Assembly (NCBI RefSeq): GCF_004010195.1 | Contig: NC_057719.1 | Coordinates: 69,061,773-69,125,772, forward strand | Length of the DNA stretch: 64,000 nucleotides | Reading direction: 5' to 3' | Origin: Chiloscyllium plagiosum | Lineage: Eukaryota | Part shown: positions 1-10,172 of the stretch, piece after piece | How the letters are laid out: each line of letters starts with the position of its first letter | How positions within the stretch are numbered: position 1 is the first letter of the stretch | Made by a program: the position numbers and the translations under genes | Notes under the pieces: model-generated | Told to the model about the DNA's origin: nothing | Seen by the model: the letters and a program-made list of their open reading frames with translations, nothing else | The model's database searches: none

Positions 1-233
1 TTCTGGATTAGTGGTGCTGGAAGAGCACAGCAGTTCAGGCAGCATCCGAGGAGCAGTAAAATCGACGTTTCGGGCAAAAGCCCTTCATCAGGAGTACAGC
101 TGTATTCCTGATGAAGGGCTTTAGCCCGAAACGTCGATTTTACTGCTCCTCGGATGCTGCCTGAACTGCTGTGCTCTTCCAGCACCACTAATCCAGAATC
201 TGGTTTCCAGCATCTGCAGCCATTGTTTTTACC
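1..233. mobile_element. Foldback (inverted-repeat) Penelope-derived short element with back-to-back minimal hammerhead cores; left end cut by window edge
   Basis: 1-93 is the near-perfect reverse complement of ~106-198. The arm sequence also forms the terminus of the Penelope RT/GIY-YIG element at 53780-55470. CTGATGA at 108-114, a GGGCT-TT-AGCCC hairpin, and GAAACGTC at 128-135. Confidence 0.8.
104..139 (+). ncRNA. Minimal type-I hammerhead ribozyme motif (mirror copy on minus strand at ~59-91)
   Basis: Order CUGAUGA - stem II - GAAA - palindromic ACGU - C17. This matches the minimal hammerheads known from Penelope-like elements. Stem I is ATTC/GATT here and ATTC/GAAT in the copy at ~36293-36328. 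Confidence 0.65.
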
Positions 234-1129
234 TAGACTTCCAATGATGCAGCCTGCGATAGCTGCTTAAGGAGAAAGTGTCATCTAATCCCCAAGACAC
301 GATGCAAGATCCAGAACCTAGCTCCCAACTTCCTTAATGTTGTTTGGATGTTGCGGAAGCCATGCCCAAGTCATTAGGGTTTGTGCATACTTGAGATATG
401 AGTTCCCTCTTTTATGCAGAATTCACCTTCTATACTCACACTCTCAGATGTACTTCAGATGGCAATCGTAAATAGTTTCAGCATTTTTTGCAGTTACTGC
501 TGCTGTTTATGTTGCTGGTTCAAAACAGTATTTGTTCTTTTTTTAAAAAATCATTCTTGATACTGTTACACTTGATAATTTTATAAGAAACTGTTTGAAA
601 TGTTTTCGTGTTTTTTGAAGAGATTAATTGTGATAATGTATTTAAAACTAGTTACATCGCTCTTCAATTGACTACGGCTTAACACAGGAACTGTATTGTT
701 GTAGTATACTTGTAGAATATTTTCTTACCATTGATTATGAAATCCTAAGATAAACAAAATACACTTTGTATAAAATTAGACTTTTTTGATGGTTCTTGGT
801 AAGAGTTTACAGATTCTTTGGTTATATTTACATTTAAATTGTTGTGGTGACTGATGATCTTACAGGAAGACAAGTTCAATTATTTAAGTTTTAATCTTGT
901 TTGTCCTCCATGGACAAGTTGCTGGATTTCTCTTCCTTTTCCATTTTGCTGATGAAATCTGTGTGGATGTGAGGGCATAGTTATCATGGTAGAACCAACT
1001 GAGTCACCAATAGCCAGTCTCTGACAACCCTGTCATTCATGGCGCTCAGGGACATCCAGGTTAATTTTAATAAAAAAAATAATTTGTTAATTAGATGTGA
1101 GTGTCACTGGCTTGGGCAGTACTTGTTGC

Positions 1130-1290
1130 TGAAAATGTGTTGCTGGAAAAGCGCAGCAGGTCAGGCAGCATCCAGGGAACAGGAGAATCGACGTTTTGGG
1201 CATAAGCCCTTCTTCAGGAATGAGGGAAAGACAAACTTCCCTCATTCCTGAAGAAGGGCTTATGCCCGAAACGTCGATTCTCCTGTTCCC
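1130..1290. mobile_element. Foldback Penelope-derived short element
   Basis: Inverted arms around ~1230, core CTGAAGA...CGAAACGTC at 1248-1275, 17-bp TSD TGGGCAGTACTTGTTGC (1113-1129 / 1291-1307). Confidence 0.8.
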
Positions 1291-2364
1291 TGGGCAGTAC
1301 TTGTTGCCCATCTCTAATTGCGCTGTTAAGAGGCAGCCACATGTTTTAGTCTGGAGTTACATGTAGATAAGGATGACAAATTTCCCTCCCTCAAGAAGGT
1401 GATTGAATCACATTGGTTTTTTTTAACAACCAACATGGTCACTGTTAGATTAACTTCTTTATTTTAAGGTTTTATTAAAATCAACTCTCAACATTTGCCA
1501 GTTCAGTGACATTGCCCAGGGCATTCAACTGTAAAGTTGTAGTTACTTTCTTGATCAATCTGCTATGACTGACCTCATCAGAGGCCTTCATAAACTCCAT
1601 GTAGACAACATCAAATTCATTACTCACATTAGTGCTCTTGATTGCTTTCTCAAAAGATCAAATTTGTCAAGCACAACCTTCTGTTATCAAGCCCTTCCTG
1701 ATTACTGTATGTCTTTGCCATAAAGCTACATTTTTACACAACAACAGTGACTATACTTCAAAAATACTTAATTATGTTTAAAGTGATTTGACCTGAGGTC
1801 ATGAAATATTGTAAAAATACAAATCTTCAGTGTCCCTTTCAACCAATTAAAAAATCATGGACAAGTCATGGACGTTGGGATGGCAGTGGATAAATGCATT
1901 GTTTGTGTCCTGAGCCCTGCATTAATATGCAGTATAATGTAAATACTCAAGTCATAACCTGGACTATTGACTCTTTCTTTCTACACAAATGCAATTTGAC
2001 CTACTTTTCAGACTTCAAGCATCTGCAGCAGAATTTTGCTGCAGGGTGTATAGTTGTACACTCTACAATTAGACCAATTAGAGAAAGGTAGCTTTTCCTA
2101 GTAAAGAAAATGGCTGCCTTATCAAGAGTATATGGGTCCCATCAATAGTTTCCTGCACTCTGGGAAATAAGCTCTCCTATGGTGGACCTGCCTCTTCATT
2201 ATGACTGGATAGAGTTGAAGTGATTAAGGCACATGCTCTGCACAATATCTGATCTGTGACCCTGTCAATGTAGATTCTCTTAGCACCTTGGCTAATGTTA
2301 CACAGGTGCTGAACAACTGCCTGGAAGGATCTAAATCTACAGATTAAGAACCATTGTCATCCTT

Positions 2365-2720
2365 GGGGATAGCACGGTGGCTGAGTGGTTAGCACTGCTG
2401 CCTCACAGCGCCAGGGGCTCTGGTTTGATTCCAGCCTTGAATGACTGCCTGTGTGAAGTTTGCACATTCTTCCAGTATCTGCTTGTGTTTCCTCCAGGTG
2501 CTCCGGTTTCCTCACAATCCAAAGATGTGCAGGTTATTTGAAATGGCCATGCTAAATTGTCCATACGATTCAGGGATCTGTAGGTTAGGTGCATTGGTCA
2601 GGAATAAATGTAAGATAATAAAGTAGGGGAATGGGTCTGGCTGGGTTACTCTTTGGAGGGTCAGTGTGAACTTGTTGGGCCGAAGGGCCTGTCTCGACAC
2701 TGGGAATCCCATGAATGAAT
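2365..2720 (+). mobile_element. HE1-like tRNA-derived SINE
   Basis: Head GCACGGTGGCTGAGTGGTTAGCACTGCTGCCTCACAGCGCC with A/B-box-like motifs, central GTTTGCACATTCT...GGTTTCCTCC domain and CR1-like 3' tail. Six further copies occur in the window. Confidence 0.8.
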
Positions 2721-3489
2721 TTTAACAAGGTGGTATGGGAAGTTTTGTCGCCAAAGCTGCATCTCACACAGAGAGTTGACAATTTCCTTTGAAGCAAAGT
2801 CTGAACATCTCTGACATTGTTTCCTTCCCTGCAGACTGCCTGCTGAGGTGAGTTAATGTAGGAATGAGATTGCACAGTATCTGGCCGTGTCCCATTTGAT
2901 ATGCCAGCTTCCTTTGCAATGCTTCCTTTTCTGTCCTCTCCATGATAAAAGCTGGAATAGCTGGTGAATTAGGCATTGCACCTCAATGCTCCCAGGTGTT
3001 ATTAGAAAATTGAGTCTTGAAAATTATTACTTCAATGCTAATGGGATTTTGGATAGCTGGATTGGCAAACATTATTTTTAAAAACAAAATGCTGGAATTT
3101 CTAGACTGCCCAAAGTAAGGTTGCTTAGCTGCATCGTCCCTTTTGTTTGTTTTCTGGGTTGGGAGGCAGGTGAGAACCATTAATGACATTTTGACATGTC
3201 ACCCACACCATTCATCTTCAGCTCAATGTTGCAATGGTGCCATGAATACAAATCGCACAAAGCCAGCAAGTTCACCATCCCCATTGTTTTGAACAGGGCA
3301 TGAGTGATAGGAAAGGAATATTAATAACCTTGGTAAACCTCGTAGTAAAGCAATACAACTGGTTCCACAAATGGAGCTAAGATATTTACCAGCTGTGATT
3401 TAATTGAGGTGCAGAACAGTCCTGAGAGACTAAATGGCCTCTATTGCAGTTTTCTTAAAACACAGAGTTACAACATGTGGGATTTCTTT

Positions 3490-3860
3490 TTTCCTTATTC
3501 TTTCACGGGGTGTGGACATCGCTGGTTGGGCCAGCATTTGGCGCCCATCCCTAACTGACCATGAACTAAGTGGCTTGCTCGGCCATTTTGGAGAGCTCAA
3601 CCACATTGCTGTGGATCTGGTCATGTGTAGGTTAGCCACAGGTGAGGTTGGGTAGATTTCCTTCCCTTAAAGGATTTAAATTAAGTAGATGCATTTTTGT
3701 GGTGGTCGAATGGGAGGTTTGTGGCACTGTGTTAGAGACTAGCTTTAAATTCTAGAATTATTTATTGCATTTAAATTTTACCAGCTGCAATGGTAGAATT
3801 TAAACTCTTATCTCTAGTTCATTCGACTGATGCCCTGAAATTACTAGCCCTTTGATAGTG
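3490..3860 (-). mobile_element. Old SINE-like interspersed repeat (related copies ~1090-1500, ~45020-45100)
   Basis: Shared motif GTCGCTGG...GGCCAGCATTT...GCCCATCCCTAA in several degraded copies. Confidence 0.45.
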
Positions 3861-3994
3861 ACATTACCACACAGTCTCCCAAGGTGCCAAATGCTTCCCA
3901 TATTGCTTTTTAAAAAATACTCAAAGGATGTTAAGGCATTATTATTTTGGGACAACTACTGAGCAAATTCCCAATGGCTGCCACCATGTTGATA

Positions 3995-4425
3995 GGATCC
4001 TTGCACTCAGTTTGGGGATCAGTTGGCAGGATAGTCAATTTATGAGCCAGAGTGAGGACAGTGGTGTGGGGTCAATTCCTGCACCAGCTGAGGTTATTAT
4101 GGACTCTCACAGAGGGCAGTTTGTGCATGGAATGCATTGCCAGAGGAAGTGGTAGAGGCAGACAGAGTGACAACATTCAAAAGACATTTGGACAAGTACA
4201 TGAATAGCAAAGGTTTAGAGATATATGGGCCAAACACGGTCAAGTCGGACTAGATTAGTTTGGGAAACTTGGTCTACATGAACGATCGAAGGATCTGTTT
4301 ACATACTGTATGACTCTGTGACTATCTCCCCTCACCTGAACCATGGTGACCCTCGGGTTAAACCACCATCAGTGGCCTCCCTCTCGCTCTAGTAAGAGTG
4401 CAGCCCTATGGTCTGGTACAATTAT
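3995..4425 (+). mobile_element. tRNA-derived SINE split by a CR1 3' fragment (~4110-4325); reverse copy at ~32727-32910
   Basis: tRNA-like head (CTCAGTT...GGTCAATTCCTGCACCAGCTGAGG) continues after the CR1 piece as GGTGACCCTCGGGTTAAACCACC. The CR1 piece ends in a TATGACTC tail. Confidence 0.55.
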
Positions 4426-4484
4426 GCTGATTTATCTCTAACATGTCTTCGCCCACAGAGACTGGGTGAGAGGTTAGCACTGAC

Positions 4485-4521
4485 TCCGCTTCTCGGCCTT
4501 TTGGCTCGGAATACGTGTAGT
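4485..4521 (+). pseudogene. U2 snRNA 5'-end fragment (nt ~1-37) in the Tx1 5' UTR
   Basis: 4487-4506 CGCTTCTCGGCCTTTTGGCT is identical to vertebrate U2 nt 3-22. GTGTAGT (4515-4521) matches U2 nt 31-37 in register. The rest of U2 is absent. Confidence 0.85.
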
Positions 4522-4758
4522 TCCTGAGGACGAGAGGAAGAGATTCTGCTCGAGTGCTGCAGGTTAGACGCAGCGGACGTGTGCTGGCGGGGGGAGATAG
4601 CACGGGGATCAGGTTGCGAGTTGTCGGAGCCGCTGAGGACCATCGCTGGATCGTGATTGGATGTTGGAGGATCGTTTAGTTGTGCTGGCCTGCTTTTTGT
4701 GGATTTTTATGCTGAATTCGGCCTAACGCCAATTCAGGTACCAGACAACCTCAGAGCT

Positions 4759-6619
4759 ATGGCCTCAGCAGTCGCTCGCAGCCCAGGCCAGGACATTCGC
4801 AAACAGTCAGGGTGACTGTGAAGAAGGTGGAGGAGCACACACCGGTTGATCGGATAGTGTTAATAAAGAAGACTTTGCTGGAGTGCTGCGAGTTTGAAGC
4901 AGGGGGTGTGTCGGACGGTCTCTGGGCGGTCTGAAACCTGCTGACCTTCCAGCTGAAGGAGTTGACCCTGACTGAGTGTTGCAGACTGGCACATTCCATG
5001 GTCCAGGACTACGTGTTGAGGGATGTGCTGAAGCTTGGGGCAGCTGTCGCCAAGGCGCGGTGGGTAAAGACCACTGTGTAAAGTCTGCCTGCCTAACGAA
5101 GAACAGGGGGCCCATGCAGTCATTTGGGCTCTGCTGACGCCTCAGCTAATTATATGGGCATATGATTGAAAAATGTACAGACCTGTATAAAAAAATGATA
5201 AATTCTGATCTCTGTATGTACATGTTTACATATGTATGGCATGACCAACTGTACAGACCATCAAATTATTTTATGAATAAAGTATATTTTTGAAATATAA
5301 AAAAAAAGGGGTCGTGTACTACCAGCAGGATTTCCCTGCGGCAGGCTATTTCGACATGCCCTTCAGGAGCGTGAAGAATTGTGAGCAGCTCCTGAAGATC
5401 TTCAAGGAGAAGGAAGGGGAACCTCTGTTCTCCGTCTTGTCAGCGGTACCGTTGTGTGTGCTTCCTGCGTAGAGGAGTTGGGTTGTAACAATCCATATGG
5501 ACAACCCTCACGTCCCAGCAGCGGATGTCCTGACCTTCCTAAGAATATAAGTCCAGGTCGAGGGAGAAAGTACTGATGTGGTCGATCCTTTCGGGATCTG
5601 GACCAGTAAATGACAGGTCAGAGTAACCCTGAGGGTTGATGCCAGTGGGAACATCCTCCACCCACCCTCCAGCTTTGCCATCGGAGGAAGCAGAGGTTAC
5701 CTGACATACGCAGGGCAGCCGAAAGTGTGCCGAACCTGCGGGAGGTCAGGCCACATGGCGGCGGATTGTAAGGTGACCGTCTGCCAAAACTGCAGGCAGG
5801 AAGGCCACCCGACCAAGGAATGTAAGGAGGCCAAGAACTGTCATCTGTGCGGAGAGATTACAGTACAAGGCCACATGTACAAGGCCTGCCCAAGTCGAGG
5901 GGCCGCCACCTACGCACAGGTGGAGGTGGCAACACCGGGCCATGGACCGCCTAAGACCAGCAAGGTACCACAAACCAGCACGGGAACGGTGTCTGGAGGT
6001 GCCCAGAGGGAAGGGCAGGCTGTAGCGGAGCAGACGGCAGACAGTGGGGAGGGTGCAGCAGCCAATCCAAGCTCCTTCAAGACAGACGGAGGAAATGGAA
6101 GAGGAGGGAACAAAAGAGGCAGAGGATTGCATTACTGTCAAAAGCAAGAAGAGGAAACCTCACAAGGCCCCCAAAGCCACCTAGCGAAGGGGGAAGTGAC
6201 ACCTACACGACGAGGATACAGGCAGCTCTTCCAACGGTGAGGGCGGGCGCAAGGAGTGTCATCACCAGAGGAAGAGACAGAGCGCCGCCCAAGCAGGAAA
6301 AGGTGATCCCTCTGAGGGGATGGGTAAAGGCCTCCCCCTACCCAGTGAGAACCAAGAGGTACCCACCGGCCCACAGCTCCAGGTAACTGGGAGCAGTGGT
6401 CCTGTGACAGCCCTGCTGTCAGATGGAGAACAGGGCTGTGTCGACCCTGGGCCCGACCCGAAGATACCAAAGCGGGGAAATGGCTCCAGCGTGGAGCCGG
6501 ACAGCTACCTCAGCCCTGGGAGGGTCCAGCAGTTTGCCGTCACCATGGGGATGCACACAGCTACCCCAGAGAGGCAAGACCAGCAGCAAATGGACACTGG
6601 TAACCTCGTAAACTGTTAA
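4759..6619 (+). pseudogene. Tx1 ORF1 (triple zinc knuckle), first copy, disrupted by the 4911-5307 insertion, stops and frameshifts
   Basis: ATG at 4759 (MASAVARSPGQ...). Resumes at 5308 as ..QDFPAAGYFD... Knuckles CRTCGRSGHMAADC and CQNCRQEGHPTKEC. Confidence 0.85.
4911..5307 (+). mobile_element. 5'-truncated 3' fragment of the same Tx1 family inserted into ORF1
   Basis: Matches 9780-10172 (ORF2 C-terminus, 3' UTR, AATAAA, A-tail). Flanked by imperfect duplication AGGGGGTGTGT / AGGGGTCGTGT. Confidence 0.85.
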
Positions 6620-6620
6620 A

Positions 6621-9600
6621 TTGGGGATAAGAATTGCCAGCATCAATGTGCATAGCATCAAATCGGCTACACTATGTGTTCCTATGATGGCCTTCCTGGC
6701 CAACGTTAAAGCCGATGTCCTGTTTCTGCAGGAGTGTGGGATACCACACCTCAGCAGCTACAGGAGATGGTCGAGCTTGTGGGCCCATGGGCCATCGGTT
6801 TGGTGGGGGGCAACGATAGCCACGCCTCCGGCCTGGGTATCCTGTTGCGAGGAGGCAACTTCACCATCTCCGAGGTTAAGGAGGTGGTGGGCGGGTGCCT
6901 CCTCGTCACCGATGTCATGTACAGGAATGCTCCCCTGAGACTGATTAATGTGTACGCCCCAGTGGGTAAGAGTGAACGGTTGGCCCTCATGCAGTAGCTT
7001 CCACTGTTGCTGGCTACGTCCAGGCCGGTCATTCTGGCAGGAGACTTCAACTGTATCATTGATGCAGATGGACGATCCGGCGGGGTGGACAGAAAACTGG
7101 ACGCCAGGTCCAGAGCCCTGACGGACATGGTAAAAGATGCCAAGCTGCACAACGTCTTCAGCACTCCTGCAGACGGAGCGCAGCGTAGATACACCTGGTC
7201 ACGAGCAGACGGGTCTATCCGCTCAAGGATAGATTACCTGTTTGTGTCCCGAATGCTCTCGGTCAGATCCACCGACATCAAGCCGGTGTCCTTCTCTGAC
7301 CACTGCCTCCTGCTGGCCGACTGTCACCTACAGGACGAGCAGCGGGCTGATAAGGGAAGCTGAACACAAAGCTGTTGACCCCGGGAAACACTGAGCAGCT
7401 CAAGAGGGACTACGCAGGTTGGAGAACCGTGAAGCCCCTCTTTGAGTCCCCAGTGGACTGGTGGGAAACAGTAAAAGGGAACATCAAGAGGTTCTTCATC
7501 CTCAAAGGTGTTTAGGAGGTGAGAGAGAAGCGGGGAAAACTGTCCCAGCTCCAGGAAAGTATGCAAAACCTGCTCCTGCTGCAGACGATGGGGGTCGATG
7601 TCACGGAGAACCTCAAGGAGGTGAAGGGCCATCAAGCCTCGCTCTTTGCTTCGGAGGCCTCCAAGATAATCTTCCGGTCCAGGTCCACTCCGTGGAGCAG
7701 GACGAGATGTGCTCACGTTTCTTCTTCCAGAAGGTGCACAAAGAGAGCTCCGTGCTCAGCAGCCTGAAGGAAGAAGATGGCTCGATAATGTCATCTCAGG
7801 CTGACGTCATGAGGATCAGTAAATCCTCTATGCCAGTCTGTATGACGCGAAGCCGACCAACAACACGGCCTCACAGTCGTTCCTGTCCTCTATCACGGAG
7901 GTCTTAGACGACAGAACACGGGAGAGGCTGGACCAGGCGCTATCTCTGGACGAGCTGACAAAGGCCTACGAGTCCTTCGAAAAGAATAAAACTCCCGGAA
8001 GCGACAGCTTACTGGTCGAGCTCTATTCCGCTCTGTGGGACTTGATTGGCCAGGACCTGCTGGAGGTGTATGTCAGTATGCTTCGGGCAGGTACCATGAG
8101 TGAATCCATGAGGAAAGGCATCATCACCCTCATCTACAAGCGGAAGGGGGAGAGGGAGGAACTCAAAAATTGGAGACCAATCTCACTGTTGAATGCGGAT
8201 TACAAAATTCTGTCAAAGGTAATCGCCAACCGGGTCAGGTCTGCTCTGGGGTCGGTGATTCACCCTGACCAAACCTGTGCTGTGCCGAGCAGGAAGACCG
8301 CTGAGAGTCTCGCACTCCTCATGGATACGAGCGCCTACGTGCAGGACAGAGGGTTGGACATCTGCCTGATCAGCCTGGACCAGGAGAAAGCCTTTGACAG
8401 GATATCACACAGGTATATGAGAGATGTTCTCTCCAAAATGGGCTTAGGGGAGGGAATCTGTAATTGGATCAGACTGCTCTACACCAACATTGTCAGTGCA
8501 GTCTCAATCAATGGGTGGGAATCAGATAGCTTCCCAGTCAGATCTGGAGTCAGGCAGGGCTGCCCTCTCTCTCCTACCTTGTTTGTGTGCTGCATAGAGC
8601 CATTTGCCGAGTCCATCAGGAAGAATGCGAGCCTGAGAGGGATGATTATTCCTGGCAGCGGGGGCCTGCAGGTTAAGGCCTCCCTGTACATGGACGACGT
8701 CGCCGTTTTCTGCTCGGATCCGCTGTCAGTGCGCAGACTCATGTGCATATGTGACCAGTTCGAATGGGCCTCGGGGGCCAAGGTAAACCGAGGCAAGAGC
8801 GAGGCCATGCTCTTTGCTCGCAGCTTCATGTACATGTCAGGTTAGGGTTTGGGCCGCAACTTACCGACTGGTTCAAGTTGCCTCCCAACACGTCCAGGAC
8901 GTGCCCGCTGACCTCAGGCAGCTCACCCACCGCCGGTGTGATCCTTTCAAGGAGCTGACTTTCACCCGAAGAGAAAAAAACGTCAACGCCGCTGGCGTTT
9001 GCCTTCGCCGCGCAGCTCGACTTTCTTCCTACGCTGCACCCTGAAATGGCGGGACCGGCCTATTGCTCACGCGTGAAGCTTTTGGTCTTTCGGGACCACT
9101 CTCAGGGAGGCGGCGTACGCAAACGGTGTTCCGGCTGCTGCAGACCAGCCGAGTGAGAGGTTGCACTTGCCGTTTTAAAAGCAAGTGGAGAATGCGGGCA
9201 TCGATCCCGCTACCTCTCGCATGCAAAGCGAGCGCTCTACCATTTGAGCTAATCCCCCAGTTGGACAGCCAGCCCTGACTTCACTCCTTCGGCAGTGGAT
9301 CCTAAGCGGCCACGCTCCGGGATGTGCAGGAAATTCTCTCATCCGTCGGACGGCTGAGACCAAACATTGCTGATGCCAGTCTCGATGAAACAACCAACCT
9401 GTCGGAGGAGCAGCAGCGGCAGCTGGTGGACTCAGGCGAGGCGGTAGGCCACATGGACGAGGAAAGACGTGCTGAGGAGATGGGAATTGCTGATTGGAGG
9501 TCGAAATGACTTCAACCTTGGCGCAGCCACCACGAGCGTGAGGTGACGTCGCAGGGCCCCGCCTGACTGATAGAAGACTTCATTTGGTTGCAGTGAGCAC

Positions 9601-9952
9601 AAAGTGCTTTTGTGCGTTTGTGTTGAAAAAAGCAGAGGAAGTCTGGAGAGGAATGCAGTGGTGTTTGTCGAGGTTCGTCCCGAGCAGCGCCGTGACGCGG
9701 GACTCCCTGCTCTACGGCCAGTTCCCCGGGACGCACACCGAGACGAACATCAACTGCCCTTGGAGGATCATCAACTCGGTGAAGGACGCTCTCTAGGTGG
9801 TCCGAAACCTGCTGACCTTCCAGCTGAAGGAGTTGACCCGGACTGAGTGCTGCAGACTGGCACATTCCAAGGTCCAGGACTACGTGTTGAGGGATGCGCT
9901 GAAGCTTGGGGCAGCTGCCGCCAAGGCGCGGTGGGGGAAGACCACTGTGTAA
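6621..9952 (+). pseudogene. Tx1 ORF2 (endonuclease-reverse transcriptase), first copy, with the post-RT region replaced by foreign DNA
   Basis: ORF fragments 6621-6997, 7007-7363 and 8042-8845. Homology to the second copy stops at ~8815 and resumes at ~9632. Confidence 0.88.
9186..9258 (-). tRNA. tRNA-Ala, anticodon TGC
   Basis: GGGGGATTAGCTCAAATGGTAGAGCGCTCGCTTTGCATGCGAGAGGTAGCGGGATCGATGCCCGCATTCTCCA: 73 nt, complete cloverleaf, G3:U70 Ala identity pair, and a TTTT Pol III terminator 5 nt downstream (9180-9177). Confidence 0.95.
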
Positions 9953-10172
9953 GGTCTGCCTGCCTAACGAAGAACAGGGGGCCCATGCAGTCATTTGGGC
10001 TCTGCTGACGCCTCAGCTAATTATATGGGCATATGATTGAAAAATGTACAGACCTGTATAAAAATGATAAATTCTGATCTCTGTATGTACATGTTTACAT
10101 ATGTATGGCATGACCGACTGTACAGACCATCAAATTATTTTATGAATAAAGTATATTTTGAAATAAAAAAAA

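Noticed and set aside
234..1000. Possible last exon and AT-rich 3' UTR of an upstream gene
   Set aside because: No convincing acceptor or recognisable peptide; cannot be supported without flanking sequence.
4485..4521. Functional U2 snRNA gene
   Set aside because: Only ~37 nt are present; there is no Sm site or 3' stem-loops, and it lies inside the TSD-bounded element.
8840..8853. Telomere-like GGTTAGGGTTTGGG at the start of the captured segment
   Set aside because: Only one perfect TTAGGG unit; compatible with chance.
9324..9509. 61-aa acidic ORF in the captured segment
   Set aside because: Non-ATG start, no recognisable homology or splice context; GC-rich DNA often gives such frames.
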